From Candidatus Thorarchaeota archaeon (GTDB lineage Archaea; Asgardarchaeota; Thorarchaeia; Thorarchaeales; Thorarchaeaceae), in the NCBI GenBank assembly GCA_029855935.1, contig JAGSHN010000020.1, positions 1 through 64,000 on the forward strand: 64,000 bases of DNA, in the 5' to 3' direction. The translations under genes were made by a program, and so were the position numbers. The notes under the pieces are model-generated. The model was not told the origin of the DNA and ran no database searches. It saw nothing but the letters and a program-made list of their open reading frames with translations. This document shows, in pieces, positions 56,248 to 64,000 of the stretch (position 1 is its first letter; each line of letters opens with the position of its first letter).

Positions 56248-57933
56248 CTATTGTTCCTCCTTCTCTTCCCGCGCTCTGAGCTCGCGTCGGAGAACCTTGC
56301 CCACAGCCGTCTTCGGCAGCTCGTCAACGAACTCGATCTCGGTGGGCACCTTGTAGGGGGACATTCGTTCCTTGCAGAATGCACGGATCTCCTCGAATGT
56401 TGCGGTCTCGCCAGGCTCGAGCACAATGAACGCCTTGACAGTCTCTCCACGCGTCGGGTGTGGGACACCGACGACCGCGGCCTCCCGTATCTTGGGGTGC
56501 TCGAACAGGACCTCCTCCACATCGCGCGGCCAGACCTTGTAGCCGCTGGCGTTGATGAGGTCCTTCTTCCTGTCGACTATGTAGGTCCACCCGTCCTTGT
56601 CCATCTTGGCAATGTCGCCAGTGAGCAGCCAACCGTCCTCCGTCAGCACGTCAGCCGTCTCGTCGGGCCTGTTATGATAGCCCTTCATCACCTGAGGCCC
56701 CTTGACACTGAGCTCTCCCACCTCACCAGGTGGCAGAATCTTGGTCCGATCATCGAGGTCGACTATGCGACAGTCGGTACTGGGCATAGGTAGACCGATA
56801 GAGCCAACCTTTCGCAGTTCCTTGTCCAGTGGGTTGGCATGAGTGACCGGGCTGGCCTCCGAGAGGCCGTAGCCCTCAATGATGATACTGTTCGTGGCCG
56901 CCTCCCACTTCCTTGTGACCTCTGCAGGCAGCGCCATTGCACCTGCGATGGCCATCTTCAACGAGGTCAGGTCGTACTTCTTGACCTCAGGATGCGAATA
57001 TATGGCTATGGCCAGAGTTGCCACAATTGGGAAGAAGGTCGGCTTCTGCGTGTGAATCAGCTTTAGCAGCTTCTTGATGTCACGAGGGTCAACGACAAGA
57101 AGAATCTTCGATGCCCAGGCGATGCCAAGATTCATTGTCACTGTCTGCCCAAAGATGTGCTGCAGCGGCAGCGCGCCAACAAAGATCTCTCTCCCCTTCT
57201 CGGCCATCCAGTCCATCCAAGCACTGCACTGCGCACAGTTCGCCTTGAGGTTGTTGTGCGTCAGCATTGCTGCCTTTGGAATACCAGTCGTACCCCCTGT
57301 GAACTGATAGACAGCGAGGTCCTCGGCCGGGTTGATCGTCACTTCTGGGGGCTCCGGTACAGCATCAGCAAGGAACTGCTCCCAGGTCATGTCGTTGGGT
57401 CCAAGTGGCGGGACCTCCTTCATCTGCTTCCTGTAGACCAGCTTTGGCGCCAGTATCCTCTTTATCTTGCTGAGCATATCCCACGCTGCTGTCACAATGA
57501 CACGCTCAAGGTTGGTCTCCTCCCGTATGGCATTCACGACCTTGAGGAAAAAGTTCATTGTCACCAATATCTTGGCGCCAGTGTCCTGAAGATATACCCT
57601 GAGTTCCTTGGGCATACTCAATGGGTTGACAGGCGTGACTATCGCACCGCATTTCAACGCGCCATAGTACGCGATGACGAACTGTGGAATATTGGGAAGC
57701 ATTAGTGCAACTGCATCGCCCTTGCGCACACCGAGTCTGTAGAAGGCGTTGGCCGCCCTGTCAACGTAATCGCCAAGCTCCTTGTAGGTTATCTCTGTAC
57801 CCTCGAAGAAGAGGGCCACATTGTCAGGATATTCTGCAATCGCCTGGTCCAAGTTGGCCCAGAGCGGACTGTCGTCCAGCTCAATCTCTCTGGGTGTACC
57901 AGGAACATAGTGTTCGTACCACGGTCGATCCAA
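56248..57933 (-). CDS. fadD: Long-chain fatty acid-CoA ligase
   Basis: QFTGGTTGIPKAAMLTH, EGYGLSEASP, GPQVMKGY, TGDIA, DRKKD and LPKTAVGK motifs. Confidence 0.9.
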   Translation of the reverse strand: MDRPWYEHYVPGTPREIELDDSPLWANLDQAIAEYPDNVALFFEGTEITYKELGDYVDRAANAFYRLGVRKGDAVALMLPNIPQFVIAYYGALKCGAIVTPVNPLSMPKELRVYLQDTGAKILVTMNFFLKVVNAIREETNLERVIVTAAWDMLSKIKRILAPKLVYRKQMKEVPPLGPNDMTWEQFLADAVPEPPEVTINPAEDLAVYQFTGGTTGIPKAAMLTHNNLKANCAQCSAWMDWMAEKGREIFVGALPLQHIFGQTVTMNLGIAWASKILLVVDPRDIKKLLKLIHTQKPTFFPIVATLAIAIYSHPEVKKYDLTSLKMAIAGAMALPAEVTRKWEAATNSIIIEGYGLSEASPVTHANPLDKELRKVGSIGLPMPSTDCRIVDLDDRTKILPPGEVGELSVKGPQVMKGYHNRPDETADVLTEDGWLLTGDIAKMDKDGWTYIVDRKKDLINASGYKVWPRDVEEVLFEHPKIREAAVVGVPHPTRGETVKAFIVLEPGETATFEEIRAFCKERMSPYKVPTEIEFVDELPKTAVGKVLRRELRAREEKEEQ

Positions 57934-58035
57934 TTCGGTCTTCTCTCCTCGTCCAAGCTCTATCCAGAATGCCCTCTGATTCGTACGCCCTGAATAAATG
58001 CCTTCCGATGTTCTCGGAGAGCAATACGTGCGGCA

Positions 58036-59238
58036 CTAGCGCAGTGACAGCACGCCCTTCAACGAGAGCCTTGCGATTCGCGCGAAGATGCGTAACACGT
58101 CGCGTTTCGACAACCTCTGGCCATTCATTGAGGCAGCAACTATCCTCTGCAATTCCCTCTCGCTCTCGCCGATACGAAACAGGGTATCGGTCACGCAGCT
58201 AGTAAACAGACGTTGGGCGAGAAGCATTCCGGGCATATGCCGGCCGAAGGCATACATCCAGAGATGCTGGTAGGGCTCAAGAGTAGAGGAGCTGAGATCA
58301 TCGTTCTCAAGACAACGTGTCAGCACACAAGCCGCATACCGACCCGCCAGCATTGCATAGTGGATCCCTCCGCCGGTCAGAGGGTTGACCATTCCAGCAG
58401 CATCGCCAATGAGAACGCATCTGTCTGAGTACGTCCGCGCAATTGGGCCACCAGTGGGCAAGAGTGCCCCGCGCGCTCCTGAAAGGTCAAGGTCCCTAGG
58501 GAGACGACCGCTGCGCTGAAGGAATCGGACGAATGCCCTGAATATGCGAGGCAGTCCTGCTGCACGGGGGCTGACGACACCGATTCCCACGTTGATTGTG
58601 TGAAGCTTGGGAAACACCCAGCCATAGCCGGGATATCCGCCGAAATTCGCATAGAAGTGGCATTCTCGGTCGTCCGTGTACAGCTCGACTACTGTAGACT
58701 CCGAGACAGGGGCCTCAACCACTTGGCACGCGGTGATGTCCGAGCGGCGCCATCGGATATTCAGCCCGGTGTCCCTTGCGACAATACTGTTGACGCCATC
58801 GGCACCGACAACCGCCCTCGCGAGGATCTCGCCTCCTCCGCTCAGTGTCAGTCGTACCGTATCAGAAGATATGTGAACGCTCTTGACGCGTGTGCCCAGA
58901 CGCGCGTCCGCCCCAGCATCTACGGCCTCTCTGCGCAGGACATCATCGAAGATCACTCGGAGCGTCGTATGCATCTCCACCTGGCCTCCCAAGGCAACGC
59001 GAAGATTCGGAGAGTGAAGAACAGCGAATCGGCTGGTGCTCTCAATGACCTCACGACGGCGCCTTGCCAGATAGTGGAACTCATCCAGCACGGCCGGAGA
59101 AAAGCCTCCCCCGCAGGGCTTGTCACGTGGAAACTGCGCCCTATCCACAAGCACCACGTCGAGTCCCGCGCGCGCCAGATACCGGGCGCAGACCGACCCC
59201 GCCGGACCGGCTCCCACAACCACGACATCACGGACCAT
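58036..59238 (-). CDS. Geranylgeranyl reductase family flavoprotein
   Basis: VGAGPAG, FPRDKPCGGG, GADG, GYGWVFP and GDAAGMVNPLTGGGI motifs. Confidence 0.9.
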   Translation of the reverse strand: MVRDVVVVGAGPAGSVCARYLARAGLDVVLVDRAQFPRDKPCGGGFSPAVLDEFHYLARRRREVIESTSRFAVLHSPNLRVALGGQVEMHTTLRVIFDDVLRREAVDAGADARLGTRVKSVHISSDTVRLTLSGGGEILARAVVGADGVNSIVARDTGLNIRWRRSDITACQVVEAPVSESTVVELYTDDRECHFYANFGGYPGYGWVFPKLHTINVGIGVVSPRAAGLPRIFRAFVRFLQRSGRLPRDLDLSGARGALLPTGGPIARTYSDRCVLIGDAAGMVNPLTGGGIHYAMLAGRYAACVLTRCLENDDLSSSTLEPYQHLWMYAFGRHMPGMLLAQRLFTSCVTDTLFRIGESERELQRIVAASMNGQRLSKRDVLRIFARIARLSLKGVLSLR

Positions 59239-59330
59239 CCAAGGGACACCCTCCTTCCGCGCAGTCCGCGCGCATTCTCACTGATGTTCGTTGACGACCG
59301 TTCGGAATGACCACACTCTCCAGTGTGTGA

Positions 59331-60242
59331 TCACTCGGGCCTCCTTATGTAGAGCTCGAACACGCCCGACTTGAGGGAACTGTTGGGCGCGAGCTTGACA
59401 ACCGTGTTGCCTATCTTGAGAGCCTCTGGTGAACCCGTCCCCTTCTTCCACACGTCCGAGAACATCGGAGAGTGGACGTTGGTCTGAAAGTCTGATACCA
59501 CCCGTGACAGCGCCTCATCAAGATACGCCTCTGTGAGTCCCAAAGTCTCAAGGTCAACTCCCGTCCTAAACAGACGTGCCTCTTCTACCGCACCGGCCCT
59601 CAGGTCAAATGCGTAGCCTATTCCACCCACGAGATGGTACACCCCGTGCTGGACTGCCGGGATCTCGTCAAGGACCAAGACAGTCCCGTCTGTCAAGATG
59701 ACGTACTCGACATCTGCCGCATTGAATGGTATCATCGCGGCCTCCACCGCCACCTCATCCAGCTTGAGCCGGCTCGAGAAATAGTCATTCAGTGTGCGAA
59801 TCTTCAGGTCCACCCTGAGGGCATCATAGTCGCCTTGATGAACTATGTTCTTGGCCTTTCGTACAAGGACGTGAATGACTCTCTGGCACTTCCGCAGGAA
59901 GGCCAGTGTGTCGTCAGCCGTCTTGGTGAACTCTCCGGCACCGATGACGGCTCGCATATACTGCATGCCGCGGAGATTCTGCAGCAGCGTTCGGCTGAAG
60001 TATGTGATGCCCTCGGCCTCAAGAAGACCCTCGTAGTCAGCCAGCTCCTGTGGTACCGACCTCCGGATATAGACCTGCCGTGGTACCTTTTTCCGCGAGG
60101 ACTTGAAGAAGAGCGCGATGTCCAGATCTCTGTGCGGCACGTCTGCAAGCTGTCGAAGGAACGGGCCCGGAGGAAGTATCTCAGTCGCCTTTGCCTTCAG
60201 GTACAGCTTGCTGTACTTCGTGAACAGGTCCTTGCTAGACAT
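59331..60242 (-). CDS. Hypothetical soluble protein
   Basis: 303-aa ORF with host-like codon usage; no motif recognised. Confidence 0.7.
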   Translation of the reverse strand: MSSKDLFTKYSKLYLKAKATEILPPGPFLRQLADVPHRDLDIALFFKSSRKKVPRQVYIRRSVPQELADYEGLLEAEGITYFSRTLLQNLRGMQYMRAVIGAGEFTKTADDTLAFLRKCQRVIHVLVRKAKNIVHQGDYDALRVDLKIRTLNDYFSSRLKLDEVAVEAAMIPFNAADVEYVILTDGTVLVLDEIPAVQHGVYHLVGGIGYAFDLRAGAVEEARLFRTGVDLETLGLTEAYLDEALSRVVSDFQTNVHSPMFSDVWKKGTGSPEALKIGNTVVKLAPNSSLKSGVFELYIRRPE

Positions 60243-60436
60243 AGGGCCACTCCGCCGAAGGCATGTCGGCCTCCGCTATTATCTCTTCTTGTTCTCCTCG
60301 GTTCGGACGGGGTGGCAAGATCGGGCAAGGCAACGGAGACGGGAACACCCATTAGGTAAGAGGATGGACACCTCAAGTGACGACAAGTATAAAGGTGGAA
60401 ACCAACCGACCTCATAGACCAGAACTCCCCGCAGGT

Positions 60437-60754
60437 GTGTCTGTATTGAACAAGAACCAGAAGTCCATATTGCTGGCATCTGTTGGAACGCTGTTGTTCA
60501 TCATAGCCCTCTTCTGGCTTCTGCCGATAGAAGGCCTCTACCTTCTGGCACTGCTGACTATGTTCGCCGGGGTGATTCTCATCGGCGTGGGGACTGCACT
60601 TGCAAAGGGCTTTGACAGAACCATCGAGACGCCTGCGGAAGATTGCTATTTCTGTGGCGGGACGGGGATAGTCGACAGCCCAGAAGGGAAGAGACCGTGC
60701 CCACGGTGTGGTGGTACCGGCATAGCCCCTGATGCGGACACCACCGGACTCTGA
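60437..60754 (+). CDS. Small 2-TM protein with a DnaJ-type CxxCxGxG zinc finger
   Basis: Two TM helices, then CYFCGGTG...CPRCGGTG. Confidence 0.75.
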   Translation: MSVLNKNQKSILLASVGTLLFIIALFWLLPIEGLYLLALLTMFAGVILIGVGTALAKGFDRTIETPAEDCYFCGGTGIVDSPEGKRPCPRCGGTGIAPDADTTGL

Positions 60755-60776
60755 TGCTTCCGGCGGAGCGAGGAGA

Positions 60777-61487
60777 ATGCGACACATCCTTGCCATTGGA
60801 CATAGAGGTGCGGCCGCCCACGCTCCGGAGAATACCCTGCTGTCCTTTCAGACGGCGTGGAAGATGGGCGCCGACATGATTGAACTGGACATCCGCTCCA
60901 CGGCGGATGGTCACGTCGTATGTATCCACGATGAGGATCTGGTGCGCACCTGCCATACACAGGGCAGGGTAGGGGAGACAACCCTCGAGGTACTCAGGAG
61001 TCTGGACGCTGGTCGTGGTGAGCGGATTCCCCTCCTCTCCGAGGTTCTCGACTTCGCGAGAGGACGGGTCATGGTCAACATCGAGATAAAGGAGCAGGGT
61101 GTCGAACTCGCTGCACTGGATATGGTCGCAGAGCGAGAGATGCTTAACGAGGTCCTGTTCTCCTCCTTCATCTACGAAACGCTGGTCAGAATACGTGACA
61201 GAGAAACCGAGGCGAAGACCGGAATGCTCTATGCCAAGCCACCGGATGACCCTGTTGCAAAAGCGCTTGAGATCAAGGCCGATGCAATGAACCCTCTGTT
61301 CTTGACCGTGACACCAGAGCTTGTCGAGAGGGCCCACTCAGCCGGACTGAAGGTGTACGTCTGGACCGTGAATGACGCAGATGTGATGACCGAACTCCTC
61401 GCCATCGGTGTGGACGGAATCATCTCCGATATGCCAGATCTTGCCAGAACCGTTGTTGACGAGTACGTCGCGGGCCTGGCCAGATGA
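60777..61487 (+). CDS. Glycerophosphodiester phosphodiesterase
   Basis: GHRGA...PENTL, IELDI..TADG...HD, NIEIK, WTVND and GVDGIISD motifs. Confidence 0.95.
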   Translation: MRHILAIGHRGAAAHAPENTLLSFQTAWKMGADMIELDIRSTADGHVVCIHDEDLVRTCHTQGRVGETTLEVLRSLDAGRGERIPLLSEVLDFARGRVMVNIEIKEQGVELAALDMVAEREMLNEVLFSSFIYETLVRIRDRETEAKTGMLYAKPPDDPVAKALEIKADAMNPLFLTVTPELVERAHSAGLKVYVWTVNDADVMTELLAIGVDGIISDMPDLARTVVDEYVAGLAR

Positions 61488-61539
61488 CGCCCTGCGGCCC
61501 ATCAGTCGCGGTCCAGAGTCCGACGAACGCTTCTATGCC

Positions 61540-62319
61540 TCACTCCTGTCCCTCACCAGTGACACGCCTCACGAACCTCAGGAGGAGTTCGTAGGCCTGT
61601 TCACGGGCCGGGTGGCACGTGAGCACATGCGGGGCGCCCTCGATGAAGTGGAGTTCCTTGACCTCGGAGGATATCTTCTTGAACGCAATCTCCGCTCCAC
61701 GCGGGTCGACTGTCGTGTCTGCAGCTGCCTGAAGAATCAGTGTTGGAACCCGCACCTTGGAGAGCTCTCGTCGGATGCGCTTGGCATATCGGATCAGACG
61801 CTCGATAGCGATCAGCGGTTCTCGGTCGTATCTCGGTCGAGGCAGGTCGTACAGCTCGGCAATGTAGGAGAGGTCAATCCGACGGTACTTCTTGACCCGC
61901 CGGATGAAGGGGACGAGCTTGCCCAATATTCCTCCGAACTTGATGGCAGGAGATATTGCCACGACTCCTGAGAGGTCCTCCCCTCGTCGAATGGCGAGAT
62001 CGAACGCCAGCAGGGAGCCCATTGACACACCTGCGACAAAGACGTGCTCTGCGCCCCAACCCAGTACGTGGTCCAGACCTGCGGAGACACTGCCATACCA
62101 CGCCGCCTCATCGTTGACCGCAAGGTCCTCAGGTGTTGTACCGTGCCCGGCAATCCTGACAGCAAAAGAGGAGATGCCGTTCTCGCGCAGAAAGTCACCA
62201 AGACTCTTCATCTCAAGAGGCGTTCCGGAAAAACCGTGTATGAGAAGAAAGGATACCTTTGAGTCTTCGACCCTGTTCTCCGTGTCCTCAACTCCTAGGG
62301 ACCCCTTCAAGGTCATCAC
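61540..62319 (-). CDS. Alpha/beta hydrolase (carboxylesterase / monoacylglycerol lipase-like)
   Basis: IHGFSGTP, GHGT, nucleophile motif GVSMG, Asp in ADTTVD and His in APHV. Confidence 0.9.
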   Translation of the reverse strand: MMTLKGSLGVEDTENRVEDSKVSFLLIHGFSGTPLEMKSLGDFLRENGISSFAVRIAGHGTTPEDLAVNDEAAWYGSVSAGLDHVLGWGAEHVFVAGVSMGSLLAFDLAIRRGEDLSGVVAISPAIKFGGILGKLVPFIRRVKKYRRIDLSYIAELYDLPRPRYDREPLIAIERLIRYAKRIRRELSKVRVPTLILQAAADTTVDPRGAEIAFKKISSEVKELHFIEGAPHVLTCHPAREQAYELLLRFVRRVTGEGQE

Positions 62320-62388
62320 CTCTTGCGTTTGGATGAGGGTGGAGAGAGGAGCAGTGCATCAGGCGATGCACCACTCAATACTCTCTCA

Positions 62389-63999
62389 CTACTCTCTCTC
62401 CATATCAGAGAACCGAAAGCCTCCCGTGAGGAAACCCAGCCTGATTCCCGCCGAAAGCCAAGATATCAGGTTCAGAATCTCAAGTCCCACAACGAGCGCC
62501 ACGAGGACTGTGATGACGCCGGCAATCTGCAGCGGGCTCGGGAAACCGGCGAACACGTAGAACGTGTACAGCGCTGTGATGGCACCGAGAACGAGACCGG
62601 CGGCTGCCACAACACGTATCAGATTACCCTCCAGCGTGTGACCCTGCTTCAGGATCCTGCTACCAAGATCCAGGTTGAGGGACAAGACGAGGACAAAGCT
62701 GATTGTGTAGAGCATAAAGATGATGGCTGCTGCTGTCATCGCCTGCTTGGTGATGCTCTTTGCACCCTCGAACATCACGACCATCAGTGCGAAGAAGAGG
62801 GATGCAGTTCCAAGCATCTGGGCACTGACGGTGGGAGAACCTCTCGAGTAGCCCACCACGCTCACGTTCCGGATGAGGAGGGAGAGGATGACCACTGCCA
62901 TCACTGTTGGCGCCTGGACAGCCATCGATACACCCGGTATCACCGATACGTTGAACCAGATGTTGGCAGGCCAGATTGCCGGAGGACCGACGCCGAAGAG
63001 GCCCAGCATGAAGGCTATGAACGCCAGCGACCCTGCAGCTGTCGCGATGACTGTCAAGAACGTCTGAGAGAAGACACAATTACCTCTGAGAATGGACTCA
63101 ATCATCAGGGCAGCCTGGGTGATCACTACCAACAGCCACGGGATGATGACAAACTGGGCCAGTGAATAGGGTGTCACGAGAATGAAGACGCTGGCCACAA
63201 CAAGTGGCAGGCCCACTATGATATCGTTCTTCCCGGCATAGAGGGCGCCGGCAAGGAACATCATGGCACCAGGTGACACGGCGATGAAGAAGGCGAGCAG
63301 CGGGGCCACCGATCCCATCAGCGTGCCAGCAAGTGATGTGCCAAAGACACCCACCATCGCGAGGAACACCATAAACCACTTCGCGCTCCCGCGGATGACC
63401 TCCTCCTGCAAGTGAGAGCTGTGACCCTCCATTGCGCCGAGACGTGGTGCCAACATCGCCCAGACTATCAACAGCAGGAGAAAGCCCTGCACGAGCCACG
63501 GAGGCGTGTAGAATGTGACGAATGAGGCATCAATCTCTTTGATGACGGGGTCAACAAACGGATCCTGGTAGAAGTGCGACCACGAGTACCAGATCTCTGT
63601 ATTGCCGACGTGCTGGACTGCCCCGTCGATGACTGCAAGACCGCCGACAACGGAGGCAATGAAGCCCGTTATGCCATAGCCCATCTTCGCGACCCTTGTG
63701 CTTCTGGCAAACTCTCGGATGTGGGATGCAGGGAGGGTCCAGAAGATGGCTACGCAGAATTGACCGATGATGAGAAGAACATATGCCGCAGCCATCAACG
63801 GCATGTACAGTGAGGATATCGCGTGGGCAACACCAACTAGGGGCCAGAACAGGGCGCTACCAAGACCAGCTATCAGCCCCGCATACGTCTTGCTCGCATC
63901 AATGTACAGCACCGACAGCAGCTGCCAAAATATCACGACAAGCGCTCCAATCACTGCCACGTTTGTGACGTAGGCGGAGACCTGGACCGACCGCTCGAT
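62389..63999 (-). CDS. Large multi-pass membrane protein (5' end outside window)
   Basis: More than 12 TM segments; the frame is open to the window end. Confidence 0.75.
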   Translation of the reverse strand: MERSVQVSAYVTNVAVIGALVVIFWQLLSVLYIDASKTYAGLIAGLGSALFWPLVGVAHAISSLYMPLMAAAYVLLIIGQFCVAIFWTLPASHIREFARSTRVAKMGYGITGFIASVVGGLAVIDGAVQHVGNTEIWYSWSHFYQDPFVDPVIKEIDASFVTFYTPPWLVQGFLLLLIVWAMLAPRLGAMEGHSSHLQEEVIRGSAKWFMVFLAMVGVFGTSLAGTLMGSVAPLLAFFIAVSPGAMMFLAGALYAGKNDIIVGLPLVVASVFILVTPYSLAQFVIIPWLLVVITQAALMIESILRGNCVFSQTFLTVIATAAGSLAFIAFMLGLFGVGPPAIWPANIWFNVSVIPGVSMAVQAPTVMAVVILSLLIRNVSVVGYSRGSPTVSAQMLGTASLFFALMVVMFEGAKSITKQAMTAAAIIFMLYTISFVLVLSLNLDLGSRILKQGHTLEGNLIRVVAAAGLVLGAITALYTFYVFAGFPSPLQIAGVITVLVALVVGLEILNLISWLSAGIRLGFLTGGFRFSDMERE

Positions 64000-64000
64000 G

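Noticed and set aside
1-64000. Numerous overlapping or antisense ORFs from the six-frame track (e.g. 16-552, 4557-5270, 17204-18076, 59634-60359, 62323-63165)
   Set aside because: They are shadows of well-supported genes in GC-rich DNA, with biased composition and no motifs.
1-64000. CRISPR array, tRNA/rRNA, transposase, integrase
   Set aside because: No repeat-spacer periodicity, cloverleaf or recombinase motifs were seen. All short-period repeats found are intragenic. A covariance-model search was not possible.

Overview
A GC-rich archaeal chromosomal segment of about 45 genes. It most likely comes from an Asgard archaeon of the Thorarchaeota type; this is inferred from the Ras/Rab-like GTPase, a ProGel-like gelsolin domain, Asgard-type Ig-repeat surface proteins, geranylgeranyl reductase, FrhB-family and THEP1-family genes. 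I found no rRNA, tRNA, CRISPR array, transposase or integrase. Housekeeping, lipid, transport and cell-surface genes are interspersed with accessory loci. The most notable content is: (i) a 3.5-kb tandem duplication of NLR-like STAND ATPases whose C-terminal Trp-rich helical repeats differ in number, order and variable residues between the copies; (ii) a third STAND/NACHT ATPase fused to about 11-12 repeats resembling the proteasome/cyclosome (PC) repeats of Rpn1/Rpn2, transcribed divergently from an atypical Rab-like GTPase; (iii) three family-5 solute-binding proteins that appear circularly permuted; (iv) a stand-alone NurA(wHTH)-HerA pair; (v) several apparent pseudoenzymes and eukaryote-like zinc fingers. 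All calls come from motif recognition by eye, with no database searches.
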